From: Micavibrio sp.
GTDB taxonomy: Bacteria; Pseudomonadota; Alphaproteobacteria; UBA2400
Direction: 5' to 3'
Assembly: GCA_040376705.1 (NCBI GenBank)
Contig: JBEIQE010000010.1
Location: 246 to 64,245 of the forward strand
DNA length: 64,000 bases
Notes under the pieces: model-generated
The model's database searches: none
What the model saw: the letters and a program-made list of their open reading frames with translations, nothing else
What the model was told of the DNA's origin: nothing
Position numbers and translations under genes: made by a program
Part shown: piece by piece, positions 19,391-28,482 of the stretch
Numbering within the stretch: position 1 is the stretch's first letter
Layout: the number at the start of each line of letters is the position of its first letter

Positions 19391-19732
19391 ATGTCGGACA
19401 TCTATGACCTGCACACTGCTGCTGCTAAGCATTTTGCCCCCAGGGGTGCGTGCGTGAGTGATGTGCACCTCACTTTGATGTCTGGCGTGCCGGTTCTGGG
19501 TTCGATTTTCCCTGAAACTTTTGGTCGGGCTGCATTCAGCAGCTTTACAGTTGAACTGCCCCAGAATAACGGCGTGACCGAAGCTTTTGAAGTGACTATG
19601 CGCCGTGGCCGCCCAACTTTTGAAGTGGTGCACGACCGCCCAGTGAAGGGCTGGTTCGGCCAGAAGGTCGAGCGTCAGATTCACCGCCCGCTGACCACTG
19701 AGGCAGCCAAGGCCAAGCTGGGTCTTGCTTAG
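19391..19732 (+). CDS. hypothetical protein (113 aa)
   Basis: ATG 19391 preceded by GGAGAG 7 nt upstream (the track ORF begins at GTG 19352). No recognisable domain. Confidence 0.5.
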   Translation: MSDIYDLHTAAAKHFAPRGACVSDVHLTLMSGVPVLGSIFPETFGRAAFSSFTVELPQNNGVTEAFEVTMRRGRPTFEVVHDRPVKGWFGQKVERQIHRPLTTEAAKAKLGLA

Positions 19733-19741
19733 ATTTTGCCA

Positions 19742-22396
19742 TCAGCTGTTACGCTTGAAGATAAAGCGGTTGTAAAACCAGCTTATTCCCATGAGCGACA
19801 GGCCCAGGCCAAAGAACGAGATAACACGCCACAAGCCGCGCAGCTCGGCTGCGTCAATCAGGAAGACCTTACCAACCGTGAGCGTGACCAGCACCAGCGA
19901 AGCGATGCGCATGGTGCGGTCATTCTTGCGGGTGCCCAGCACCAGCAGGCCAAGGCCGAACAGCAGCCAGACGATTGAGTAAGTATACATTTCGGCATTA
20001 TCGATGCCGCCAGTCAGCTTGTTGCCATGGTAGAGCTGGCGAATGGTCAGGCTGATGAAGGCAAAGACCAGCACCATCTGTGCGCCGCGCAACAGCTTGC
20101 TCCATGGCGCGGCTGCCGCATGCCGCAGGATGAGGTGAAGCCAAATAATTGGCAGACCATAAGTGAGGGTCACGCCGTTGAACAGCGGTGTAAAGCCTAC
20201 ATGCTGGCTTCTGCTGAAAAGCGGGTTATGGATAAGCAGGTCGAACCAGCCGAGGCGGAACAGGCCGATAAGCGAAAGCACCATGCCCGCCTGCACCACA
20301 GCCGTGCGTATCCAGCGCTGGCCGATATAGAAACAGGCCAGTGAGAATACGAACAGGATGTTGGTAAAGGTGCCGCGCTCGATAAAGCCAGCTTTTTTAA
20401 ACAGCACGTCTTCGTTCGGGTGCATGAAATGGCGCATCATATAATAGCCCATCAGGCCGATGAGGGTGATAGCCGCAAGCTCAAGCGCGGCCACCAGCTT
20501 GTCATCCTTGGCGCGGCGCAGGTAGAGGCTGGCTGCAATAAACATAGCCGCCGGTAAGCCCAGTTGGAAGGCGGGCCAGCGCACCATCGGCAGGCTATCG
20601 AGCAGCGGCAGGCGCGCCTCGAACAGGCTGTAAGCGCCCAGCTGCATAATCAGGACAAGTTGTGGCAGCAGCACGATGGCAAATGCAAAACCCATCACAA
20701 CAACCAGCGCCCGCAGGGCCTCGACCCGCACGCGGGTGGTGAGATAGGCCAGCGCCAAAAGCTCGGCCGCCAGCGCGATGGAGAGGAATTCGCGCTTGAG
20801 CTCAACCGTCAGGCCGATGGCAATAAAGCCGGTGGCGGCGGCTGCAAATACGGCCAGTAGCTTTTGCACTTCGGCCTCATCACTTATGTAGCGGCGCACC
20901 CGCCGGGCCTGATGCACCATCAGGTCAGCTATCAGGAAGGCGACCATACCCCAGAACGGGAAACTGATATAAGGCCAGATGGCAATACGCGGGAAGTTAT
21001 GGTCTTCAAGAGCAATGCCTAGCAGATAAAGCAGGCCAAGCGCGATGCTGCTGAGCAGGGCCCAAAAGAGCGGTGCTGCACTGCGCCAGACCAGCCAGCT
21101 TCCTGCACCGCCGTAAAGCGCTGCCAGAACAGCAAGGGTGAGCATGCGCGTATCGCCATCTGCATTCTGCCAGCTGATCAACATGAACAAATTCACAATA
21201 AGCGCCAGCCATGGGGCAAAAGCAAAATTGCGTTTATCAAACCACGCCAGAGCTACAGTACCGGCTGTGAGCAGCAGCATGAGGCTGCGCTCAAGCATGC
21301 CATAACCGCTTTCAGCTGTGGCTATGCCGGTCAGCACGGCGGCGGCACCAAGAATGGCAAGATTGATATAGCGGCTCAGCTGCTCGGTATTGAGGCCAAA
21401 GCTGCCCACGGGCAGATCGGCAGCAATACCGCGTGTGCCCTTGATCGCGGTTATGCAAAGGGCAATCAGGAACAGGCTGACAAAGATGAATTCGCCGCCC
21501 TTGGCGATAAAGAACAGCACACCGATAGCCCAGAGCAGGCCCAGCGGCGTGAGCAGTAAAAGCAGCGACCACCACTGCATATGCCGCAGGAACCAGAACA
21601 GGGCAGTGAAGAGTACATATATATAGGCCAGTAGCAGAGGGGTGCTGCCACTATTACTGCCCACCAGCAGTGGCGTGAGGAAGCCGCCCAGCATGCCCAT
21701 AATGGCGATGGGTGCGCCATGGCGTATGGCCATGATAACTGCCAGTGCGGTAATTGCAGTCATGCCGCTAAAGCCCAGTAGTGGCGGAATGATTTTGTAA
21801 TACGAGCTGGCAACAAAAACAGCGCAATACAGCACGGCAATACCGGCACCAGCGAGAGACTGGCCGATTTTGGCCTGTTCGGGGCCAAAACGGTAGGCAG
21901 CGCCAAGCAGGCCTGCACCAAACAGCAGGCCGAGTATAACCTGCAGGCCGGGGCCAATCAGGTCCATCTCGATTGAGTAGCTCACCAGATAGAAGCCGGC
22001 AAAGGCCATAGCGATACCGCCAATCCATACCGGTAGCTTGGCACCAAAATTCAGCTCAAAGCTGTCGCGCTTTGAGCTTTGTGCCGCAGTGGCTGTAGGC
22101 ATAACAGGCTCTGTGGCTAGTGCTATCGGCTCTTCATTATAAATTACAGCGGGCTGCACTGTGGCAATTGCTGGCATTGCAACGGGAGGTTCTGCTACTG
22201 GCTGCGGCTCTGGTTTGGTAACCGGCTCGGGCTTGGCAGCTGAGTCATAGACAGCCTTCTGCGCCAGCTGGTCGATGCGGGATGACAGGTTTTCCAGCCG
22301 CTCTTCAATCACACTCAAACGGCGTGCATGAAACCATGGCATGAAAAACGTAATGAGAATCAGCAGGCCAAGGCCAAGCGCAATAATAAATTCCAT
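19742..22396 (-). CDS. DUF2339-like giant polytopic membrane protein (884 aa)
   Basis: N-terminal TM, a short coiled coil (RLSVIEERLENLSSRIDQLAQK), a Pro-rich linker (KPEPVTKPEPQPVAEPP), then more than 20 hydrophobic helices. This is the architecture I associate with DUF2339. Confidence 0.7.
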   Translation of the reverse strand: MEFIIALGLGLLILITFFMPWFHARRLSVIEERLENLSSRIDQLAQKAVYDSAAKPEPVTKPEPQPVAEPPVAMPAIATVQPAVIYNEEPIALATEPVMPTATAAQSSKRDSFELNFGAKLPVWIGGIAMAFAGFYLVSYSIEMDLIGPGLQVILGLLFGAGLLGAAYRFGPEQAKIGQSLAGAGIAVLYCAVFVASSYYKIIPPLLGFSGMTAITALAVIMAIRHGAPIAIMGMLGGFLTPLLVGSNSGSTPLLLAYIYVLFTALFWFLRHMQWWSLLLLLTPLGLLWAIGVLFFIAKGGEFIFVSLFLIALCITAIKGTRGIAADLPVGSFGLNTEQLSRYINLAILGAAAVLTGIATAESGYGMLERSLMLLLTAGTVALAWFDKRNFAFAPWLALIVNLFMLISWQNADGDTRMLTLAVLAALYGGAGSWLVWRSAAPLFWALLSSIALGLLYLLGIALEDHNFPRIAIWPYISFPFWGMVAFLIADLMVHQARRVRRYISDEAEVQKLLAVFAAAATGFIAIGLTVELKREFLSIALAAELLALAYLTTRVRVEALRALVVVMGFAFAIVLLPQLVLIMQLGAYSLFEARLPLLDSLPMVRWPAFQLGLPAAMFIAASLYLRRAKDDKLVAALELAAITLIGLMGYYMMRHFMHPNEDVLFKKAGFIERGTFTNILFVFSLACFYIGQRWIRTAVVQAGMVLSLIGLFRLGWFDLLIHNPLFSRSQHVGFTPLFNGVTLTYGLPIIWLHLILRHAAAAPWSKLLRGAQMVLVFAFISLTIRQLYHGNKLTGGIDNAEMYTYSIVWLLFGLGLLVLGTRKNDRTMRIASLVLVTLTVGKVFLIDAAELRGLWRVISFFGLGLSLMGISWFYNRFIFKRNS

Positions 22397-22532
22397 GGGC
22401 TCGATTATGCGGGTGCCGCTTTAGGTGGTCAAGGTCAGGGCGGCGGATGCCCGTTTGGTGTTGCGCTTGTGTTGGGCTGTTTCCAGTCGTGGTTACGAAT
22501 TAATGCAAGTATGGCCTTTGCGGTTTGCGATC

Positions 22533-23033
22533 TCAGCTTGCCATATCGAGGCGGCGGGGTTGCCAGTTTTGGGCGCGGATATCCTGCACCAGTGTGATGC
22601 CTCGGGATGATTCCACAAAGTTTTCCACTCTGTTAGCTGCACTATCGTAATAGCGCGGCGATTCTGGGTTGAGGATGTACTGCAGGTCATCAGGGTTGGT
22701 GCGGTCACCTTCGCGCGAAATGCGCCATGCATGCGGCCAGTTGGCAGTGATCCTGACCATTGTCAGATAATCGATTACCGGTCTGGCGATAAAGCCAAAC
22801 ACCTTGGGGATCTCGTTAGTCGCAGGCGGACGCGGATATCTGGCGCGGTGATGGCGCAGCTTGGCGATCAGCTCATCCCTGAAGGGCTCGAATAGCTGGT
22901 AGTTAGTAAAGGCAACGATCGTGACCTTGTCCAGCCGCGAGGTGCGCGGTAGGCGCTGGGCGCGTTCTTCAAAGGCTGTAGATACCTTATGCAGCCGTGC
23001 AAACTCGGGGTTGTAATACTCGGATTGACCCAT
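22533..23033 (-). CDS. hypothetical protein (166 aa)
   Basis: ATG ORF divergent from comM; soluble and basic; no motif recognised. Confidence 0.55.
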   Translation of the reverse strand: MGQSEYYNPEFARLHKVSTAFEERAQRLPRTSRLDKVTIVAFTNYQLFEPFRDELIAKLRHHRARYPRPPATNEIPKVFGFIARPVIDYLTMVRITANWPHAWRISREGDRTNPDDLQYILNPESPRYYDSAANRVENFVESSRGITLVQDIRAQNWQPRRLDMAS

Positions 23034-23167
23034 GGTTTTGTTCCTGTTTGAATTTTTCTTATCTAGGAATTATTTTTGGCCGATAGCAAGCAAATCCGGA
23101 CTCGCTTTCTGGCATTTATGCGATAGGATGCTTGGGAACAAAAAGGCAACCAGTACTTGAGGCCCGC

Positions 23168-24703
23168 ATGATTGCTCATATTCCCACGGTTGCTTTTGCT
23201 GGCGTCGATGTGATGCCGATTGATGTTCAGGTGCAGATTTCCCCCGGTATTGTGGGTTTTACCATCGTCGGTCTGCCGGATAAGGCTGTGGGTGAATCGC
23301 GCGAGCGCGTGCGTGCAGCCCTGCATAGCCTTGGCCTTGCGCTGCCTGCCAAGCGTATTACCGTCAACCTTTCTCCTGCGGATGTACTAAAGGAGGGCAG
23401 CCATTTTGATCTGCCCATCGCGCTCGGCCTCTTGGTCTCTATGGGTGTTTTGCCGCTTGAGGAAATGGCACGCTACACGGCGCTGGGCGAGCTCTCGCTT
23501 GATGGTACATTAACGAATGTGGCGGGTGTACTCCCTGCCGCGATTGATGCACTGGCCAATAGCCGCGGTATCATCTGCCCGGCAGGCTGTGGGCCGGAGG
23601 CAGCCTGGGCGGGTGATATTGATATTCTGGCAGCACCATCTCTGCTTGCGCTCATCAATCACTTTAAAGGCTCGCAGGTGCTCAGCCGCCCGCAACCCGC
23701 CATGGAGGCGGATACGCTGGCCGTCCCCGATCTTAAAGACATCAAGGGGCAGGAAACCGCCAAACGTGCACTCGAGGTGGCAGCCGCAGGTGGGCATAAC
23801 ATGCTGATGATGGGGCCGCCGGGCTCGGGTAAATCGATGCTTGCATCGCGTTTGCCGGGTATTCTGCCGCTGCTCGAGCCGCGTGAGGCCCTTGATGTCT
23901 CGATGGTGCATTCAGTTGCAGGGCTGCTGAAGGACGGGCGTTTGCTGCGCCACCGCCCGTTCCGCGACCCGCACCATTCGGCCTCATTGCCCGCGATGGT
24001 GGGCGGTGGTTCTCGCGTAAAGCCGGGCGAGATTTCGCTTGCGCATGGCGGTGTGCTGTTTCTCGATGAGCTGCCCGAGTTTGCGCGCTCAACGCTCGAG
24101 GCGTTGCGCCAGCCAATTGAGAGCGGCCGCGTGATGGTGGCGCGCGTCAACGGGCATATTACCTTCCCGGCGCGCTTCCAGCTGGTCGCCGCCATGAATC
24201 CCTGTCGCTGCGGCCATATCGATGATGCTGCTCTTGCCTGCGGAAGAGTACCTAAATGCGCGCTCGATTATCAAAGTCGCATCTCCGGCCCGCTGTTCGA
24301 CCGTATCGATTTACATGTCGATATGCCTGCCGTGCCACCGCTCGAGTTGGCACGCATTCCGGCGGGCGAAGATAGCGCCACAGTTGCGGCGCGTGTGCTC
24401 AAGGCGCGTGAGGTGCAGGCTGCACGCTATGCTGCCCATAATGATAAAGGCCGCGCCATTCGCACCAATGCCGATGCTGAGGGCGAACTGCTTGAGGCTG
24501 TAGCTGAAATGGATACTGTGGCGCGCAGCCTCCTAGTTGATGCAGCTGAAAAACTTAAGCTTTCTGCCCGTGGCTATCACCGTGTGCTGCGCGTGGCGCG
24601 CACCGTGGCTGATCTTGAGGGCGCGCGGATTATAAGCAATATCCATATGGGTGAGGCACTATCGTATCGTCGTATCTCTCCTGCCATGATGAAGGCGGCA
24701 TGA
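23168..24703 (+). CDS. comM: YifB/ComM family Mg-chelatase-like AAA+ ATPase
   Basis: N-terminal Lon-protease-like domain (GVDVMPIDVQVQIS.G...IVGLPD), Walker A GPPGSGKS, Walker B GVLFLDELPEF and a C-terminal ...GYHRVLRVARTVADLEG. ATG 23168 is preferred to the track's TTG 23132. Confidence 0.9.
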   Translation: MIAHIPTVAFAGVDVMPIDVQVQISPGIVGFTIVGLPDKAVGESRERVRAALHSLGLALPAKRITVNLSPADVLKEGSHFDLPIALGLLVSMGVLPLEEMARYTALGELSLDGTLTNVAGVLPAAIDALANSRGIICPAGCGPEAAWAGDIDILAAPSLLALINHFKGSQVLSRPQPAMEADTLAVPDLKDIKGQETAKRALEVAAAGGHNMLMMGPPGSGKSMLASRLPGILPLLEPREALDVSMVHSVAGLLKDGRLLRHRPFRDPHHSASLPAMVGGGSRVKPGEISLAHGGVLFLDELPEFARSTLEALRQPIESGRVMVARVNGHITFPARFQLVAAMNPCRCGHIDDAALACGRVPKCALDYQSRISGPLFDRIDLHVDMPAVPPLELARIPAGEDSATVAARVLKAREVQAARYAAHNDKGRAIRTNADAEGELLEAVAEMDTVARSLLVDAAEKLKLSARGYHRVLRVARTVADLEGARIISNIHMGEALSYRRISPAMMKAA

Positions 24704-25464
24704 GGATCATGACCATCGAAATCCCTAAAATATATACTGCTGTCGCCAAACACCTCGAGGGCTATGCCAAACAGGCTGGCAAAATCATGCTGCTTTTGCA
24801 GCCGGATGAGCAGGCGATCAAGCGTAAAACCAAAGTGACCTTTGAGCCGTTTGAGGTGCAGAGCCTCTATAACATCCTTAACCCTGTGGTTGAGGGCAGG
24901 CAGCTGCGCTACCTCTTGGCGGGCGTGCAGGAAAATCTGGTACAGCCGATTATGGCGTTTCATCTTTATGAGTTGCATACGGTCATTCTGGGGGTGAATA
25001 GCGTGATGGCGCATAACCCTGCCGCCATGCGCACTGCGCAGTTCCGTACCGCGCTTGAGGTCATAATTACGGGCAGCCAGTTACTGGCGCTTATGGCACG
25101 ACATGCCAGCAAGGTACTGGGCATTAAAAATGCCATGCCGATTATCATGGCCAGTATGGGCAACGTCATTAAAGAGGCGGACCTCACGCAACAGGTGGTC
25201 GATACTGTCAGCAAAAAAATCAAGGCCGAGGTCGATAAATACCAGCGTGATGCGCGCGCCCTGGTACAAGAGTGCATTAGTGTTTCAGCCAATGCACCAG
25301 CGCTGCAGACAGCACTGGGTACCAAGCTGCCTTATAATCCTTTGCCATTGTTTGTGACCTACGATGGGCATTTCAAAGGTAAGACTATCAACACTATCTG
25401 GCTGCCCGACAGTGTGGCCCTGCCAATTATGCAAAAAGCACAAGCTGTAATGCAGAGCGCTTGA
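24700..25464 (+). CDS. hypothetical protein (254 aa), translationally coupled to comM
   Basis: Its ATG overlaps the comM stop (ATGA at 24700-24703). Predicted mostly helical, with no motif recognised. Confidence 0.6.
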   Translation: MRIMTIEIPKIYTAVAKHLEGYAKQAGKIMLLLQPDEQAIKRKTKVTFEPFEVQSLYNILNPVVEGRQLRYLLAGVQENLVQPIMAFHLYELHTVILGVNSVMAHNPAAMRTAQFRTALEVIITGSQLLALMARHASKVLGIKNAMPIIMASMGNVIKEADLTQQVVDTVSKKIKAEVDKYQRDARALVQECISVSANAPALQTALGTKLPYNPLPLFVTYDGHFKGKTINTIWLPDSVALPIMQKAQAVMQSA

Positions 25465-25538
25465 CGGCAGCTATGATTGGGGCGAACTTCCACGGGTATA
25501 AATAGTACAGCGTGGTCTTTCAAACCGTCAGGGCATGC

Positions 25539-26132
25539 ATGCGCACTATTGCAGGATATGGCAGCAAAAGAGGCTTCAATCTGGTTGAGGCCGCTGTTGT
25601 GCTGGGTATCATCGGGCTTGTGATTGGCGGTATCTGGATTGCGGCCAGCCAGATTGCGTTCCATTCGCGCATGAACAATATCAGTCAGGGTATTTTACAG
25701 CTCGCGCAGGCCACTACACGCCTGCTACAGGATGGTAATTATCCGCAATGGAATACGGGCAGTATTGGCGGTATTGTCGAGCTGGCGAATAGATCCGGCG
25801 CCGCACCCGGCAGCTGGCGGGTAGAATCGCAAAGCTTCATTACACCAGATGGTGTAGTTGTGGGCATGCTCACACAGTGCTGGGGCAGCTATCCTTCGGC
25901 CCTCTGTCCGGTACTCAATATTCTGGTGACGGTTGATGCGAAAGCGTTTGATGCAGCTGCCTGTACCTGGCTGTTGCGCCGCTTCCTGGGTATGGCGCGC
26001 GATAATACCCTCGTCCGGCGTATTCAGCTCGGTAACCCAACGGTTTTCTATGATCCGCCGATTGATGCCACCACCGCCAGCTGCGCAGCCACCACTAATG
26101 TGCTGCAGTTCATGTTTAACCCGCGGCCTTAG
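25539..26132 (+). CDS. prepilin-type N-terminal cleavage/methylation domain protein (type IV pilin/pseudopilin-like)
   Basis: Leader MRTIAGYGSKRG followed by FNLVEAAVVLGIIGLVIGGIW (G/F cleavage site, Glu at +5, hydrophobic helix). There are 4 Cys in the C-terminal half. Confidence 0.75.
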   Translation: MRTIAGYGSKRGFNLVEAAVVLGIIGLVIGGIWIAASQIAFHSRMNNISQGILQLAQATTRLLQDGNYPQWNTGSIGGIVELANRSGAAPGSWRVESQSFITPDGVVVGMLTQCWGSYPSALCPVLNILVTVDAKAFDAAACTWLLRRFLGMARDNTLVRRIQLGNPTVFYDPPIDATTASCAATTNVLQFMFNPRP

Positions 26133-26145
26133 CTCTAGTAGTTAC

Positions 26146-26514
26146 TTAGCTCAGGTCATTAACCAGCAACGGCCCCAGCGGTTTACCGCCAACGATATGC
26201 ACGTGCAAATGCGGTACTTCCTGATGTGAGTGCGGGCCAGCGTTAGACAGCAGGCGATAGCCGCTTTCAGTAACACCTGCCATTTCGGCAACCTTGCCGA
26301 TGGCGCGAATGAAGCCGGTAATCTCAGCATCGCTTGCCTTGGCCGAAAAATCGGCGAAGGAGATATAAGCCCCCTTGGGAATGATCAGCACATGCGTGGG
26401 CGCCTGCGGGTTGATATCGGGAAAAGCCAGCGCAAACTCATCTTCATAGAGCTTCTTGGCGGGAATCTCACCGCGCAGGATTCTGGCAAAGATGTTATTG
26501 GGATCATAGGTCAT
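26146..26514 (-). CDS. HIT-family (histidine triad) protein
   Basis: 122 aa with the histidine triad HQEVPHLHVHIVGG. Confidence 0.9.
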   Translation of the reverse strand: MTYDPNNIFARILRGEIPAKKLYEDEFALAFPDINPQAPTHVLIIPKGAYISFADFSAKASDAEITGFIRAIGKVAEMAGVTESGYRLLSNAGPHSHQEVPHLHVHIVGGKPLGPLLVNDLS

Positions 26515-26524
26515 GGCGTGCTCC

Positions 26525-27265
26525 TTAAACTTTTTCTTGCTGATCGCCTGCTGCCTTCAGGGCCTGTGCCGGGTCAACCCGGCCATCATACAGCGCGCGG
26601 CCACAGATAACACCAATGATGCCACTGGTCTGGTGTTCGCGCAGCTCTTCGATATCCGATAGCGAGGCGAGACCGCCGCAGGCGATGAGTGGGGTGGTGA
26701 GGGCGAAGGCCAGATCGGCAATCGCCTCAACATTAATACCGCTGAAAGTGCCCGAGCGGCCGATATCGGTATAGATAATCGCTGCAGCGCCTGCATCTTC
26801 AAAGCGCAGTCCCAGTTCCATGGCTTTCATCTCGGTGGTCTGGGTCCAGCCGGAGAGGGCCACCTGACCGCCTTTGGCGTCGATTGACACAACCACCCGA
26901 CCTGGAAAACGCGCACAGGCCTCACGCACCAGTGCAGGGTTCTTCTGCGCAATTGTGCCTACGATAATACGGTTCACGCCACGCTCGAGCCAGAACTCCA
27001 TGGTCTTGAGATCGCGAATACCGCCGCCCAGCTGCACCGGCACGGTGACGTTCTTTAAAATTGCTTCAACCGCTGCCGTATTGTGCATTTCGCCGGTAGT
27101 GGCGCCATTCAGGTCGACCAGATGCAGCCACTTGAAGCCCTGCTGTTCAAACTTCAGTGCTTCGGCCACGGGGTCGAGTTCATCTACCTGCACGGCCTCG
27201 GCGGCGCCGCGCACATAGCGTACAACATGGTTATCTTTAAGGTCGATGGACGGGAAGAGGATCAT
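26525..27265 (-). CDS. hisA: ProFAR isomerase (1-(5-phosphoribosyl)-5-[(5-phosphoribosylamino)methylideneamino]imidazole-4-carboxamide isomerase)
   Basis: 246 aa: MILFPSIDLKDN..V, HLVDLNGA, QLGGGIR, and a C-terminal GVICGRALYDG. Confidence 0.95.
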   Translation of the reverse strand: MILFPSIDLKDNHVVRYVRGAAEAVQVDELDPVAEALKFEQQGFKWLHLVDLNGATTGEMHNTAAVEAILKNVTVPVQLGGGIRDLKTMEFWLERGVNRIIVGTIAQKNPALVREACARFPGRVVVSIDAKGGQVALSGWTQTTEMKAMELGLRFEDAGAAAIIYTDIGRSGTFSGINVEAIADLAFALTTPLIACGGLASLSDIEELREHQTSGIIGVICGRALYDGRVDPAQALKAAGDQQEKV

Positions 27266-27813
27266 GCCGCGTCATCCAGCTGGGCGAGGTCTTTGGTGAA
27301 ATAGATGCCGGTAATCACTTTACCGTCAACCTCGGCATAATGCGGGTGGCGGCCAAACTCGATAAAGCCAAGCGAGCGATAAAGGGCAACCGCTGCTTCC
27401 TGTGTTTCGCGTACATCAAGGTTCACAGTCTTGAGGCCGCTGGCTTTTGCAGCCTTCAGCAGCGTCATGGTGAGCAGCTTGGAAAGGCCATGCCCACGTG
27501 CCCATGGGGCAATAAAAGTGGTGGTCAATTGCGCCGAGTGGCTTTGCGCTTCGTTATTCTTGGGCGGGCGCACGATTTGGGCCGAGCCGCAGATGACGCC
27601 ATCAAGCCGCGCAACAAATAACCGGCGGTCGGGCACCACCAGTACACCCTTCCAGTAACGCTCCATCGCATCGCGCGCGGGTACGTGCAACCAGCCAAAG
27701 CCGCCGCCTTCGCGAATGGCTGCCTCAGTGGCATCGCACAGGTCGTGCAAATCGCCGCTCTTGAAGCGCTCTATGATTTCGTCGGCAGAGGGGGTGGCGG
27801 TCAGCTGTGTCAT
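27262..27813 (-). CDS. GNAT-family N-acetyltransferase
   Basis: 183 aa with acetyl-CoA-binding motif A (FIAPWARGHGLSKLL). Its stop overlaps the hisA start. Confidence 0.85.
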   Translation of the reverse strand: MTQLTATPSADEIIERFKSGDLHDLCDATEAAIREGGGFGWLHVPARDAMERYWKGVLVVPDRRLFVARLDGVICGSAQIVRPPKNNEAQSHSAQLTTTFIAPWARGHGLSKLLTMTLLKAAKASGLKTVNLDVRETQEAAVALYRSLGFIEFGRHPHYAEVDGKVITGIYFTKDLAQLDDAA

Positions 27814-27866
27814 GTTTTCAATCTAACCATATTGCGCATAAAGGCAAATCTGCTTATTGAGGACGC

Positions 27867-28436
27867 ATGAGCACCCGCGAAAAAATCTGTTTTGAAGCCT
27901 TGCGCCTGTTTGTGCGCGATGGCGTATCCGGCACCACCACGCGGGCGATTGCTGCGGCCTGCGATATTGCCGAGGGCACCATCTACCGCCATTTTTCCAG
28001 TAAGGATGAACTGGCGCTCGACCTCTTCCAGCGTAACTGGGAGGCCTTCGCCACCTATATGGAGCGTGCGGCTGCCCGTTCGGCTACCGCGCGCGAGCGG
28101 CTGGAGCAGATGGTGGGTTGGTTGGTGATTGCAGCTGAACGCCAGCCCGACCTGTTCGATTATCTGTTTATTGCGGCGCCGCATCTGGCAGGGCAGGAGC
28201 CGGCAACGGCAGCCTCACCACTCGCTTGCCTCAAGCAGGAGCTGGCCGATTTACTGCCCCCTGCCAGTATCGAGCTGCATCTCGCGCTGCTGATGGGGGG
28301 TCTTACGGGCGCCGTGAAGGCTTATAGGGTGGGGCGTGTGCCGAATCTCGAGAAGCTCAAGCCGCTTTTATTAGCTTCAATTGCTAAAACTAATGAAAAC
28401 AAGTCTTTAGATCATAATACCATAGCGGCAATCTGA
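27867..28436 (+). CDS. TetR/AcrR-family transcriptional regulator
   Basis: N-terminal HTH (ICFEALRLFVRDGVSGTTTRAIAAACDIAEGTIYRHFSSKDEL). Divergent from the GNAT gene across a 53-nt gap. Confidence 0.9.
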   Translation: MSTREKICFEALRLFVRDGVSGTTTRAIAAACDIAEGTIYRHFSSKDELALDLFQRNWEAFATYMERAAARSATARERLEQMVGWLVIAAERQPDLFDYLFIAAPHLAGQEPATAASPLACLKQELADLLPPASIELHLALLMGGLTGAVKAYRVGRVPNLEKLKPLLLASIAKTNENKSLDHNTIAAI

Positions 28437-28482
28437 CAGCCTCTGCAAAAACGCTAATCGGTTACATCAGGTATGCGCCAAT

